Assembly (NCBI GenBank): GCA_027488905.1
Contig: JAIYAT010000010.1
Coordinates: forward strand, 21,061-85,060
Length of the DNA stretch: 64,000 bases
Origin: Bacteroidota bacterium
GTDB lineage: Bacteria > Bacteroidota > Bacteroidia > UKL13-3
Direction of reading: 5' to 3'
The notes below the pieces were generated by a model, which saw only the letters and a program-made list of their open reading frames with translations, was not told the DNA's origin and did not search any database. Below, in pieces: positions 10,220 through 20,470 of the stretch. Made by a program: the position numbers and the translations under genes. Positions within the stretch are counted from its first letter, which is position 1, and each line of letters starts with the position of its first letter.

Positions 10220-10957
10220 TTACTTAACTTTTTTGTAGGTTTTGAACCAAGATTTTACCTTCATGGTAAAAACGCCAAAAATAGCCTCCTTGATAATGCC
10301 TTTGCTAATTTTAGATTCTCCTTTGGTGCGATCTGTAAAGATGATTGGAACCTCTTCAATGTTGAAACCATGTTTCGAGGCAGTGAATTTCATTTCAATT
10401 TGAAAGGCATAGCCTCTAAATTTAATTTCATCCAAATTTATGTGCTGCAATACATTTCTGCGATACCCAACAAAGCCAGCAGTGGTGTCTCTAATGGTTA
10501 AACCTGTGATATACCTAACGTAGGCAGAGGCATAATAGCTCATCATCACACGCTCCATAGGCCAATTAACCACGTTTACTCCGGTTTTGTAACGAGAGCC
10601 AATAGCAACATCTGCACCCTCAAATAAACATTCAAATAAACGAGGTAGGTCATTAGGATTATGTGAAAAGTCGGCATCCATTTCAAATATAAATTCATAA
10701 TTGTTGCGCAGACACCATTTGAATCCATCTATGTAAGCAGTGCCTAAACCGTTTTTTTCTTTTCTCTCTAATAAATGGAGATTATGCCTAAACTCATGAG
10801 CAAGTAAGTTTTTAATAATATTTGCTGTGCCATCTGGTGAGTTATCATCAACTACAAGTACATCAAAACTTTGGTGCAAAGAAAAAACAGCACGAATAAT
10901 GTCTTCGATGTTTTCGCTTTCGTTATAAGTAGGAATTATGACAATCTTTTTTGACAA
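10220..10957 (-). CDS. GT2 glycosyltransferase, polyprenol-monophosphate mannose/glucose synthase-like
   Basis: IIPTYNESENI ... VVDDNSPDGT motifs of Dpm1/GtrB-like family-2 glycosyltransferases. Confidence 0.8.
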   Translation of the reverse strand: MSKKIVIIPTYNESENIEDIIRAVFSLHQSFDVLVVDDNSPDGTANIIKNLLAHEFRHNLHLLERKEKNGLGTAYIDGFKWCLRNNYEFIFEMDADFSHNPNDLPRLFECLFEGADVAIGSRYKTGVNVVNWPMERVMMSYYASAYVRYITGLTIRDTTAGFVGYRRNVLQHINLDEIKFRGYAFQIEMKFTASKHGFNIEEVPIIFTDRTKGESKISKGIIKEAIFGVFTMKVKSWFKTYKKVK

Positions 10958-11073
10958 GGAGGAAATGGTTTAATGATTATGGTTTTGGGCAAAAATAGGA
11001 GAATATGTGTTTATTTATGTTCATAAATTAATTTAAAAACTATTTTTGGAAAAACTACAATCTATCAAATCCT

Positions 11074-11580
11074 ATGAATAAGCAAACTAAGGCAGTTTTC
11101 CTCGACCGTGATGGTGTTATTAACTATGAAGTAGGTGATTATATTATGCGTTTGGAAGATTTTAAGATTTTGCCTCATGTTATCACAGGCCTTAAGAAAC
11201 TTCAAGAATTAGGATTTTTGCTTATTGTGGTTACCAATCAGGGAGGGATAGCAAAAGGCTTGTACACGCACCAAACCTTTCAAAGTATGCATGATTACTT
11301 GGATAAAGAACTCGAAAAACATCAAATTAAGATTACAGAAGTATATTATTGTCCACATCATCCTTTCTCCAGCGAATGTCTGTGTCGCAAACCAGGTTCT
11401 ATATTGGTTGAAAAGGCAATCGCCAAATATGGTATCGACCCTAGTTTGAGTTGGTTCATTGGCGACAAACAACGTGATATGGATGCTGGTGCCGCTGCAG
11501 GGGTAAAAGGAATATTAATTGAACCAAATGAGGATTGGACTAGCTATATCAATCAATTTAATACAAGTGCTAAACAGTAA
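11074..11580 (+). CDS. gmhB: HAD-IIIA phosphatase, D,D-heptose-1,7-bisphosphate phosphatase-like
   Basis: DRDGVIN HAD motif I and CPHHP...CLCRKP zinc-binding motif of GmhB/histidinol-phosphatase-like enzymes. Confidence 0.7.
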   Translation: MNKQTKAVFLDRDGVINYEVGDYIMRLEDFKILPHVITGLKKLQELGFLLIVVTNQGGIAKGLYTHQTFQSMHDYLDKELEKHQIKITEVYYCPHHPFSSECLCRKPGSILVEKAIAKYGIDPSLSWFIGDKQRDMDAGAAAGVKGILIEPNEDWTSYINQFNTSAKQ

Positions 11581-11585
11581 TTAAC

Positions 11586-12962
11586 ATGAGTAATAAGAAA
11601 TTAAATCTCCTCGATAGTTCCATGTTAGTCATGGGCTCCATGATTGGCTCTGGAATTTTTATCGTGTCTGCCGGAATGGGCAGAGACCTAGGAAACCCAG
11701 AAAACCTGCTTTTAGCATGGATTGTAACGGGTTTGCTAACTTTGTTTGCTGCCCTTAGCTATGCAGAACTTGGAGCAATGATGCCAAAAGCTGGTGGGCA
11801 ATATGTTTACCTTAAAGAGGCATATGGAAAGCTCTTTGGATTTTTGTACGGTTGGACACTTTTTACCGTAATTCAAACTGGTACCATTGCTGCCGTGGCC
11901 GTGGCTTTTGCTAGATTTACAGGAGTTTTGTTGCCCTGGTTTTCAGAGAAAAATATGTTAATTGGCAAAAGTAGTTTTGGGGTAAGCGCCGTGCAATTAT
12001 TAGGAATTGTGGTGGTTTGGCTACTCACTTTTAGCAACTTTAGGGCCGTAAAGGATAGCGCATTGGTTCAAAACATTTTTACCATTAGCAAAATTGCTGC
12101 CTTGGTTTTTGTAATTATTGCTGGCGTCTTTTTCATTTTTGCCCATCCAGAAGGAATTTATCAATTTAAGTGGGAACAGGTATGGAAAATTCCAACCACA
12201 GATGGCTTGATGCACAACCTAAGCTTTGGTGTGTTTGCTGCCGCTTTGGTGGGTTCCATATTTAGCAGTGATGCTTGGAATAACATTACTTTTACCAGCA
12301 GCGAGATTGAAAACCCTCAGAAGAATTTACCAAAAGCACTTTTAATTGGTACAGGTGGAGTTACCATTTTATACCTTTTTAGCAATTGGGTTTTTATCAA
12401 TGCCATTCCTTTCGAGAGCATTCAAAATGCGCCTTCTGATAGGGTTGGAACACTATTAATGAAAACTGTTTTTGGCAATATTGGCGAAATTTTAATGGCC
12501 TTGCTCATCATGGTTTCTACCTTTGGTTGTATAAATGGGTTAACCTTAAGTGGCTCCAGAGTTTATTATGCCATGTCTAAAGATGGCTTGTTTTTTAAGG
12601 CTGCCCAAAAACTCAACAAAAATGAAGCCCCTCAACAAGCTTTGATTTTTCAAGCTATTTGGACAAGCTTGCTCACCTTAAGCGGTTCCTATGGCGATTT
12701 ATTAGACTATGTGGTGTTCGCTGTTTTATTGTTTTATATTTTAACTGTATTTGCCTTATTCTTATTTAGGTTCAAAAAGCCAAATGAAGAAAGACCTTAT
12801 AAAGTTTGGGGCTATCCTTTTGTGCCAGCGATTTATATTTTATTGGCAAGTGCCATTTGTATTAGTTTGTTAATCTATAAACCTAATTATACTTATCCTG
12901 GTTTGGGAATTGTATTGTTAGGTGTGCCAGTTTATTATTTGTTTGCACGCAAAGGCTCATGA
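11586..12962 (+). CDS. APC-family amino acid permease
   Basis: 458 aa, ~12 predicted TM segments, N-terminal SxxxVMGSMIGSGIF motif. Confidence 0.85.
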   Translation: MSNKKLNLLDSSMLVMGSMIGSGIFIVSAGMGRDLGNPENLLLAWIVTGLLTLFAALSYAELGAMMPKAGGQYVYLKEAYGKLFGFLYGWTLFTVIQTGTIAAVAVAFARFTGVLLPWFSEKNMLIGKSSFGVSAVQLLGIVVVWLLTFSNFRAVKDSALVQNIFTISKIAALVFVIIAGVFFIFAHPEGIYQFKWEQVWKIPTTDGLMHNLSFGVFAAALVGSIFSSDAWNNITFTSSEIENPQKNLPKALLIGTGGVTILYLFSNWVFINAIPFESIQNAPSDRVGTLLMKTVFGNIGEILMALLIMVSTFGCINGLTLSGSRVYYAMSKDGLFFKAAQKLNKNEAPQQALIFQAIWTSLLTLSGSYGDLLDYVVFAVLLFYILTVFALFLFRFKKPNEERPYKVWGYPFVPAIYILLASAICISLLIYKPNYTYPGLGIVLLGVPVYYLFARKGS

Positions 12963-14047
12963 GAATTGGGCTGTTCACATTTTTCTTTTTTTTCGGTTTG
13001 AACCAAATCTTTTCGCAAACAAAACAAGTTGCATGGAGCATTGGCTTTCAACCGCAGCGGTCATTCGTTTATGCCCACACGCCTAAATTGATTCAATTTA
13101 AAGGCTCTGGCGGGTATGGGTTTCAACTGGATTTAAATAGATTGCGATTAGATTCTTTAGCCTTACAATTTGCTCATGTGCGTTTCAACAGTGGGTTTGG
13201 ATTTCAATACCTAAACTTTGAAAACGCTAGCCTAGGTTCAGCCTTTAACTTTTCCTATTTTTTAGAACCTATTTTGTGGGAAAATCAAACGCTGCAATTG
13301 CGCTTGCGTGCGGCTGGTGGCTTAAATTTAGCAAGCAAACCTTTCGATGAATTCAATAATCCTACAAATCCAGCTTATAGTTCTTTTGTCAATGGTTATT
13401 TGGGTTTGGGAATAAGTGCTTATGTTAAAATAAATGCTGCCACATGGCTTTTTGCAAATGGTACTTATAGCCATTTTTCTAACGGAAATACCTACAATCC
13501 AAATTATGGACTTAATTATCCGCATATTGGTTTGGGTGTAGATTATAAATTCAAAGAAACACAAAAGCCCATTGGTAAAACACTATTTCAAAAAGAGAAA
13601 TGGCGATTTGATATGGGCGTTTTTGGGACTAATAAATCGCTGCCGTATTTTAGAAAGATTCGATTTTGGGCATATGGCGCCTCGGTTCAAGCCAGCTATA
13701 GAACAGGTCCTATTAATGCATGGACTTTGGCCTTGGAAGGTTTTAGAGACCATAGCATGAGAATGGCCGTTGACAGCAACTCGTTAAATCCCAATAAGGA
13801 TGTAAGTATTAGTTTGGCTGGAGCAATGGTTGGACATGAATTTGTCTTCAACCGTTGTGTTTTTTCACAACAATTGGGGATGTATTTGTTTAATGAATTA
13901 CCCCCTGATTTAGTAGGAAAGTTTTACCACCGTTGGGGTTTTAATTATAAACTTAACAAACAGTTTATGGTTGGTTTGAACCTAAATGCCAATTTGCAGA
14001 AAGCTTTTTTATTTGATGCGAGGGTAATCTATAGTTTATATAAGTAA
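12959..14047 (+). CDS. Hypothetical outer-membrane beta-barrel protein (signal peptide; possibly lipid A deacylase-like)
   Basis: Signal peptide, alternating beta-strand-like pattern, aromatic C-terminus (YSLYK); family not confidently recognised. Confidence 0.4.
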   Translation: MRIGLFTFFFFFGLNQIFSQTKQVAWSIGFQPQRSFVYAHTPKLIQFKGSGGYGFQLDLNRLRLDSLALQFAHVRFNSGFGFQYLNFENASLGSAFNFSYFLEPILWENQTLQLRLRAAGGLNLASKPFDEFNNPTNPAYSSFVNGYLGLGISAYVKINAATWLFANGTYSHFSNGNTYNPNYGLNYPHIGLGVDYKFKETQKPIGKTLFQKEKWRFDMGVFGTNKSLPYFRKIRFWAYGASVQASYRTGPINAWTLALEGFRDHSMRMAVDSNSLNPNKDVSISLAGAMVGHEFVFNRCVFSQQLGMYLFNELPPDLVGKFYHRWGFNYKLNKQFMVGLNLNANLQKAFLFDARVIYSLYK

Positions 14048-14057
14048 AACAAAAAGG

Positions 14058-14639
14058 TTGTATCCTTGTGAAAATATGCAACTAGAAGAAAAGCAAAAAT
14101 TGGTTAAGCAATGGATAGAAGCTTATACTTCGAAACTCTTGCAATGGGCTAGAACAAAAAGTGGTGACGATGAATTAGCCAAGGACTTGGTTCAAGATAC
14201 TTTTATAGTTGCTTTTGAAAGTTATGAAAAGTTTAAAGGGCAAAGCACGGTGCTCACCTGGCTTTATGGCATCTTAAATAATAAACTTAAAGACCACTAT
14301 ACACGGTCAAAGAAAGTATTAATTCAACCTTTACTGGCGGAGAAATTTACTGAGGATATGTTTGAGGAAAATGGACATTGGAAAGCTGGTGCATTAGATA
14401 TTTCTTGGCATGAGAACACCGAGATTTTAGATAATCCAGCCTTTTTAAAAGTATTCAAACTTTGCCTATCAAATTTACCTCAACAGTGGCAAGATGCCTT
14501 GTTACAAAAATTTATCACTGGTACCGATGCAAAAGAAATTTGTCAGGATTTGGGTATTTCAATTACTAACTACTGGCAAATTATACACCGAGCAAAATTA
14601 ATGATGCGGGCTTGCCTTGGGAAAAATTGGAAAGAATAG
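14058..14639 (+). CDS. ECF-type RNA polymerase sigma-70 factor
   Basis: Region 2 (DLVQDTFIVAFESYEKF) and region 4 HTH near C-terminus. Confidence 0.8.
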   Translation: MYPCENMQLEEKQKLVKQWIEAYTSKLLQWARTKSGDDELAKDLVQDTFIVAFESYEKFKGQSTVLTWLYGILNNKLKDHYTRSKKVLIQPLLAEKFTEDMFEENGHWKAGALDISWHENTEILDNPAFLKVFKLCLSNLPQQWQDALLQKFITGTDAKEICQDLGISITNYWQIIHRAKLMMRACLGKNWKE

Positions 14640-14641
14640 AT

Positions 14642-14884
14642 ATGGGAATACATTTAAATTGTAAAGAAGCTACTTTATTGGTTGAAAAACGACAAGATGA
14701 AAGAATAGGAATGGTTTCTTCTTTAAAATTAAACTTCCATTTTTACATTTGTAAGGCATGCAGTGCTTATGATAAACAAAGCACAATTATTTCTCAATTA
14801 TTGAAACGTGGATTTGAATCAAATGCAAATTCCACTGACGACGAGGCGCTAAAAGCACAGATAAAATCTAAACTTGATTTATAG
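14642..14884 (+). CDS. Putative small zinc-finger anti-sigma factor
   Basis: Immediately downstream of ECF sigma; HLNCKEATLL...CKAC pattern resembling zf-HC2 anti-sigma N-termini; ORF track gives 14612 start, ATG at 14642 preferred. Confidence 0.4.
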   Translation: MGIHLNCKEATLLVEKRQDERIGMVSSLKLNFHFYICKACSAYDKQSTIISQLLKRGFESNANSTDDEALKAQIKSKLDL

Positions 14885-14979
14885 CAAACATTAGGTTGAA
14901 TTGCTATTAACTAGTGTTTTAGCTTTTTTTCGAAAAGTTTTTTTAAATCATTGTCAGGATAGCCAGAAAATAAGCACTC

Positions 14980-15468
14980 ATGTTAAAATACAATAACATG
15001 AAATATTTATTTTCTCTGATTACTTTAATTTGTTTATATGGGAGTCTAAAAGCTCAAACCACGCTGGCAGAGCGAAAAGCAATTTTTAACATCGATAAAT
15101 ATGGCGTTGCCATTCAGGGGTACGACCCTGTCAGCTATTTTGAAGGGAAAGCACAAAAGGGTTCTTCTTCTATTTACCATTTTCATAAAGGTATCAGATA
15201 TGAATTTGTTTCAGAAAAGCACAAGGAAACCTTTAAGGCAAGTCCAGATAAATATGAACCTCAATACGGCGGTTGGTGCGCTTATGCCATGGGTGCAAAT
15301 GGCGAGAAAGTAGAGATTGACCCAACAAAATTTAAAGTTTTAGACGGAAAGCTTTACCTGTTTTATTACAGCATTATCAATAATACCTTAAACAAATGGA
15401 ATTTAGACGAGGCCTCTTTGAAGGCTAAAGCAGATATCAATTGGAAAAAATTAAATCAAAGCAAATGA
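14980..15468 (+). CDS. YHS-domain protein, secreted
   Basis: Signal peptide; GYDPVSY motif characteristic of the YHS domain. Confidence 0.6.
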   Translation: MLKYNNMKYLFSLITLICLYGSLKAQTTLAERKAIFNIDKYGVAIQGYDPVSYFEGKAQKGSSSIYHFHKGIRYEFVSEKHKETFKASPDKYEPQYGGWCAYAMGANGEKVEIDPTKFKVLDGKLYLFYYSIINNTLNKWNLDEASLKAKADINWKKLNQSK

Positions 15469-16451
15469 AAAGAATAATTTTAATGGTTTTGGTTCTAGGA
15501 ACCATCCAAATGGCCAATGCGCAAGTAACAAGGAAAATTGTTGTAGAACATTTTACAAACACCTTTTGTAGCGTTTGTGCAAGCAGAAACCCTGGTTTTT
15601 TCACAAACTTGGAAACACAAAAAGATGTTTTGCAATTGTCAATACATCCAAGTTCACCTTATAGTCAGTGTTATTTTAACAAACAAAACAAGGCTGAAAA
15701 TGATGCAAGAACAAATTACCATGGGGTGTATGGCTCAACACCAAGATTGGTAATAAATGGCGTGGTTTTAAACTCCTCAACAAACTATAGCAGCTCGGCA
15801 ATTTTTGATGCCTATAAATCACAAACCAGTGATTTTTCAATTACTGTAAAAGGTAAATATGTTGGCGATTCTGTTGAAGTTGAAACAGTTGTAAAAGCTG
15901 TTGTGAACAATACGCTAGGAAACGCTAATTTATTTGTAGCCTTGGCCAATGCAAGGGTAAATTATGCTGCTGGAAATGGTGAACAATTGCACCATAATGT
16001 GTTTAGAAAAAGTATTTATAACACAGGTGGTTTAGCTATTACTTTGCCTGCTAAAGCTGGTGATTCGCTGGTGTTAATTTCTAAAGTTAAGAAGGAGGCT
16101 ATTTGGGGTACAAATGACTTATTTGCGCTAGCAATTTTAAACAACGCTGCAAACAAAAATCTCATCCAAGCTGAACAATCTGCTACCATTTCTTTGGCAA
16201 GCGGACTAGAAGTTATCAGTGCATCAAGTTTTAAGTTATTTCCAAATCCAGTGCAAGACTTTTTGCAGTTTGAACATGAACAATACCAATGGCAGCAGTA
16301 TAAAGTGTATACCATACAAGGAAGTTTGGTGTATTCGGGCAAATTAGATTCACAAGTTGGCCTTACAGTTTCTGGTTTGAACCAAGGGATTTACCTTCTT
16401 GAGTTATCAAATGAGCAATATATTTTTAAAGGAAAATTTATTAAACAATAA
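15465..16451 (+). CDS. T9SS C-terminal-sorting-domain protein (Omp28-related N-terminal region)
   Basis: Signal peptide; C-terminal ~80 aa match the type A sorting-domain pattern (KLFPNP...LLELSNEQYIFKGKFIK); ATG at 15465 overlaps upstream stop (ATGA). Confidence 0.65.
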   Translation: MKRIILMVLVLGTIQMANAQVTRKIVVEHFTNTFCSVCASRNPGFFTNLETQKDVLQLSIHPSSPYSQCYFNKQNKAENDARTNYHGVYGSTPRLVINGVVLNSSTNYSSSAIFDAYKSQTSDFSITVKGKYVGDSVEVETVVKAVVNNTLGNANLFVALANARVNYAAGNGEQLHHNVFRKSIYNTGGLAITLPAKAGDSLVLISKVKKEAIWGTNDLFALAILNNAANKNLIQAEQSATISLASGLEVISASSFKLFPNPVQDFLQFEHEQYQWQQYKVYTIQGSLVYSGKLDSQVGLTVSGLNQGIYLLELSNEQYIFKGKFIKQ

Positions 16452-16456
16452 TCACT

Positions 16457-16843
16457 ATGAAAAACAAAATAGATCTAGTAGTAAGAATAGCAGTAGCTTT
16501 AATTTTAGTACAAACTTTATACTTTAAGTTTAGTGGCGCTGCTGAGTCGGTATATATTTTTAGCACTTTGGGAATTGAGCCTGTAGGTAGAATTGGTTCA
16601 GGAATTGCAGAATTAATTGCAGCCGTTTTACTCCTTATCCCCAATTTGGTATGGTTGGGTGCAGGCCTCGCATTAGGTGTTATTTCTGGTGCCATCCTGA
16701 GTCACTTAACTGTTTTGGGAATAGTTATTATGGATGATGGCGGTACCTTGTTTATTCTTGCGCTTTTAGTTTTCTTTGGTTCTGCATTCCTGCTTTGGAA
16801 AAGGAAAAAGCAAATTCCAATTATTGAAAAATTTTTTAAATGA
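16457..16843 (+). CDS. DoxX-family membrane protein
   Basis: 128 aa, four TM helices, DoxX-like composition. Confidence 0.65.
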   Translation: MKNKIDLVVRIAVALILVQTLYFKFSGAAESVYIFSTLGIEPVGRIGSGIAELIAAVLLLIPNLVWLGAGLALGVISGAILSHLTVLGIVIMDDGGTLFILALLVFFGSAFLLWKRKKQIPIIEKFFK

Positions 16844-17574
16844 AAAGCATCAAATTAGTATTAATTTTTGGGTCAGCTATCTTGCCTTTTATGGCTTGCG
16901 GACAATATTTTACTAAAGGTAACCATGCAGACTTGAGCCTTTCAACTAATTTTTCTCAAAGTGCGATTGCAATTTCTACTTTCCATCTCCATCAATTGGG
17001 CAAAAGTAAAAAATTTAGATTGGGTTATGGTATTAGGTACACGGGTAACTTTGGTTCAAACAGTAATTTTATAACTGCGCCAGCTAAATTTACTTCTGGA
17101 AATACGGGTTTAGGTGTGATTTTCTCAGAAATTTTAGTTAATAATTTAGATACCCTTAGTTTTGCTAAACACCAAGTAAATAGCCTTAATTTAGCAGTGT
17201 ATTTAGGTCTTCAGGTTAGTAAGAAAATTGGTTTAGAGTTTAACATAGATGCTGTTGGGTTTTCTTTTGGTTCAAACCAAACTGCAGAGTACAATACTAG
17301 CAAACGTGCACAGTCTCCAAATAAAAATTCAAAGCAAGCAGCAAAAGTTACTGGTTTTAATGCTTTGCTTACAAGCGATAATGATTTAGGGAGTTTAAAT
17401 TCAGAATTACTCCTTCGTTACCAGATTTCAAATAAGTTGAAGCTTAAATTTGGTGCTACATTTGTTTTTACTGAATTTACAACTGATAATAAGCTGTTTC
17501 TGGATAATGATCGGTTCAGAAATAAGTCCTTACAACCCATGTTAGGATTGAGTTATTCATTTAATAATTATTAA
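16840..17574 (+). CDS. Hypothetical outer-membrane beta-barrel protein
   Basis: Signal peptide, beta-strand-rich, C-terminal aromatic (FNNY). Confidence 0.4.
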   Translation: MKSIKLVLIFGSAILPFMACGQYFTKGNHADLSLSTNFSQSAIAISTFHLHQLGKSKKFRLGYGIRYTGNFGSNSNFITAPAKFTSGNTGLGVIFSEILVNNLDTLSFAKHQVNSLNLAVYLGLQVSKKIGLEFNIDAVGFSFGSNQTAEYNTSKRAQSPNKNSKQAAKVTGFNALLTSDNDLGSLNSELLLRYQISNKLKLKFGATFVFTEFTTDNKLFLDNDRFRNKSLQPMLGLSYSFNNY

Positions 17575-17585
17575 GTAGCTTCTCC

Positions 17586-18695
17586 TTGCGCCATTGCCTA
17601 ATTACATACAGCTTAAAAAAAACACTTTTAGGATTTTTTATAATCTTGAATTTTACAGAATTATTAGCTAATGATGTTGATTCAACTTCCTCTAGGTTAA
17701 ACGCCTTCAAGATAATCCCATTGGTCTATTTTACCACCGAAACCAAAGTTATTGCAGAGTTGTTCAGCTACTTATCTTTTAAAATGGACAAACAAAGCAA
17801 TCTTTCTAATATTAGATTGTCGGCCAACTATACACAAGAAAAGCAATATTCTGTGCTATGCCCCTTTCAAATATTATTGGGGAAAAACAATTTTTTCATA
17901 AACGGAAAACTAGAATTCATACATTTTCCAGAATACTTTTATGGTATAGGAAATAACACCGTGGAAAGCAATAGATCTAAGTATTTATTCGACACTTTCC
18001 TCTTGCAAATTAAAGCGCTTAAACTTATTAAAAGGAAAAACTATTTCGGAATTAATTTAAGCAGGCAAGTCTTAAAAACAGCTTACAATGAAAATTTAGA
18101 ATTGTTCAAGGATTCGAAAAAAATCCATGGCATAGATGGTTTCAGTTACTTCAGTTTTGGCCCTTCATACATGTATGATTCAAGAGATGATTTAATAACA
18201 TCTCGAAAAGGTGTTTATTTTGAGGTCAATTTTACTTTGGCTAGAGGTATTAACACTAATCAAGGGTTGTTAAATTACACTAATTTCAATATTGATTTTA
18301 GAAAATTTGTTGATTTTAAAACAAAAGGTGTTTTGGCATTTCAAGGATTAACAGATCTTTCTTTTGGGAGCATACCATATAGGGCAATGCCCACTTTAGG
18401 AGGGCAAAAACTGTTACGTGGTTATTACTTTGGAAGATTTAGAGATAAACAACTCCTTCTATCAAACCTTGAGTATCGGTCACCACTATACAGAAGAATT
18501 GGTTTAGCGGCTTTTCTGGGAACAGGAAAAGTTGGCCCTAATCTTAAAGAGTTGGGAAGTAATCTATTTCATTTGTCTTTTGGTGCTGGACTTCGTTATC
18601 AAATTAGTAAAAAGGATAGGGCTACCATAAGGGCTGATTTTGCAAAAGGAAGAGACTCATACGGTATTTATTTATTTTTTGCAGAAGCCTTTTAA
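17586..18695 (+). CDS. Omp85/BamA-superfamily beta-barrel protein (no obvious POTRA)
   Basis: C-terminal bacterial-surface-antigen-like pattern (LLRGYYFGRF...LEYRSPLY...GTGKVG) and terminal F. Confidence 0.5.
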   Translation: MRHCLITYSLKKTLLGFFIILNFTELLANDVDSTSSRLNAFKIIPLVYFTTETKVIAELFSYLSFKMDKQSNLSNIRLSANYTQEKQYSVLCPFQILLGKNNFFINGKLEFIHFPEYFYGIGNNTVESNRSKYLFDTFLLQIKALKLIKRKNYFGINLSRQVLKTAYNENLELFKDSKKIHGIDGFSYFSFGPSYMYDSRDDLITSRKGVYFEVNFTLARGINTNQGLLNYTNFNIDFRKFVDFKTKGVLAFQGLTDLSFGSIPYRAMPTLGGQKLLRGYYFGRFRDKQLLLSNLEYRSPLYRRIGLAAFLGTGKVGPNLKELGSNLFHLSFGAGLRYQISKKDRATIRADFAKGRDSYGIYLFFAEAF

Positions 18696-18704
18696 AATTA
18701 TATC

Positions 18705-19241
18705 ATGAGCAAACAAAGAAATATTCTATTTATTATATTGTTAATTTCTTCAATAGGATTAAGTGGTCAAATACTAACTTCTATAGTTAAATCTGAGATC
18801 AAGTTTTCCATTCAGAATGCTGGCTTAACAGTAAATGGCAATTTAGGGCCAGCGTCTGGGTTGATTGTGTTAAATCCTGAAAAAATTGCAGCTTCCAACT
18901 TGGAGTTAAATGTTTCGGCTGCTAGCATTAATACTGGAATTTCAATGCGGGATACTCATCTCAAGAAAAAGGACTATTTTGATGTAGCTGCCTTTCCTAA
19001 TATTTTTTTGAAGTCTAAGTTTTTTGGAAAACAAGGAGATGTATTTAAAGGATATTTTTTACTTTCTTTGAAGGGTGTAACAAAAGATGTGACAATTCCA
19101 TTTACCTTATCAAAGGAAGGAGAATTAACAGTTGCTGAGGGTAGTTTTATGATAAATCGGTTAGATTATGGTGTTGGTTCAAAAAGTTTAGTTATGGGTA
19201 ATGAAGTAAGAATTTCAGTTAAAGTTTATTTAAATCTATGA
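18705..19241 (+). CDS. YceI-family periplasmic protein
   Basis: Signal peptide plus YceI-like lipid-binding barrel pattern (GNLGPASG...SMRDTHLKKKDYFD). Confidence 0.75.
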   Translation: MSKQRNILFIILLISSIGLSGQILTSIVKSEIKFSIQNAGLTVNGNLGPASGLIVLNPEKIAASNLELNVSAASINTGISMRDTHLKKKDYFDVAAFPNIFLKSKFFGKQGDVFKGYFLLSLKGVTKDVTIPFTLSKEGELTVAEGSFMINRLDYGVGSKSLVMGNEVRISVKVYLNL

Positions 19242-19771
19242 GTATAAAATTGCTTTGTAAAAGTTCAAACACTATCCTTAATCAACTTAACGATTTTGTA
19301 TCTCAGTTAGACAAGGAGGTTTATTGTAAAACGTTGCCACTATTAAGTGGAAATAGTCTTGGTAAACATATAAGGCATATCTTAGAATTGTATCAAGAAT
19401 TGTTTAATGGTTTACCAAAAGGTAAGATATCGTATGATGATCGGCAACGTGATATTTTAATAGAGCAGAACCCCAAAGTAGCGCTAGAATTAATTAGTGA
19501 ATTGCTTCAGAAAACGGGTGAGCTAAGCATTGAAATTGACTTAAATTTAGGGGTGGATTATGGTGATGAAGAAGTTATTGTTGGTTCAACCCTTAGCAGA
19601 GAACTAGCCTATAACATTGAACATGCCATACACCACATGGCTATCATCCAGATATGTGTTAAACATTCTTTTCCAGCTGTGCAACTTTCAGAAGATTTTG
19701 GGTTGGCATATTCTACTATTAAATATAACAAATCTAATGTGCACGCTAACCTATCTGCCACTAGCGAATAA
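19238..19771 (+). CDS. DinB/YfiT-like metal-dependent hydrolase superfamily protein
   Basis: Spaced His residues (HIRHILE ... EHAIHHMAIIQ) typical of DinB_2 four-helix-bundle proteins. Confidence 0.45.
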   Translation: MSIKLLCKSSNTILNQLNDFVSQLDKEVYCKTLPLLSGNSLGKHIRHILELYQELFNGLPKGKISYDDRQRDILIEQNPKVALELISELLQKTGELSIEIDLNLGVDYGDEEVIVGSTLSRELAYNIEHAIHHMAIIQICVKHSFPAVQLSEDFGLAYSTIKYNKSNVHANLSATSE

Positions 19772-20459
19772 TTCCTTTTTGCTTACTTCTAACCGCGATG
19801 AAAAACTGCATCGCAGTCTCGCATTGCCGCCAAAGGTTTATGAGCATAATGGAAGATTATTGTTATATCCGAAGGACCCACAAGGAAATGGCTCTTGGCT
19901 TGCAGTTTCGCCAAATGGAAGTGTTGCCTGTTTATTAAATGGTGGATTTGCACTGCATACTCCAACGCCTCCCTATAAAATGAGCAGAGGTTTGGTTTTG
20001 TTAAGTGTATTTGATTATCCCAACATTCCTGATTTTGTAACTCAATCTAATTTCGACAATATTGAGCCTTTTACCTTAATTGTTTTTGCAGACCACGTGT
20101 TGCATGAAATCAGGTGGACTGGCACTGACGTTCAACACCAAATTAAAGATAAATACCAAGCCCATATTTGGTCGTCTGTAACCTTATACACCCCTGAGAT
20201 TATTAAACAAAGAGAGCAGTTCTATTTAGAATACCTAAATACCTTAACACCTGAAAATGCGGCCGATAGAATGATGGAATTTCATCAATTTAAAGGAGAT
20301 GCTCGCTTTCCACATGGCATTAGACTTGAAAGAGATAATGGTACAAAAACTGTTAGCATTAGCCAGATTTTGATGGAAGAAGAAGCGCTTAGCTTTAATT
20401 ATTACGACATGTTGCAAGACAAACATTTTATGCAAAGCATGCCTACTGTTTCTTTATAA
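19737..20459 (+). CDS. NRDE-family (TANGO2-like) protein
   Basis: N-terminus MCTLTYLPLANNSFLLTSNRDE matches the MC(T)...NRDE signature; start overlaps upstream gene by 35 nt in another frame. Confidence 0.65.
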   Translation: MCTLTYLPLANNSFLLTSNRDEKLHRSLALPPKVYEHNGRLLLYPKDPQGNGSWLAVSPNGSVACLLNGGFALHTPTPPYKMSRGLVLLSVFDYPNIPDFVTQSNFDNIEPFTLIVFADHVLHEIRWTGTDVQHQIKDKYQAHIWSSVTLYTPEIIKQREQFYLEYLNTLTPENAADRMMEFHQFKGDARFPHGIRLERDNGTKTVSISQILMEEEALSFNYYDMLQDKHFMQSMPTVSL

Positions 20460-20470
20460 AGCTCATATAA

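Noticed and set aside
9787-10501. ORFs 9787..10227 + and 10178..10501 +
   Set aside because: They are antisense overlaps of the S46 peptidase and GT2 glycosyltransferase genes, with low-complexity translations.
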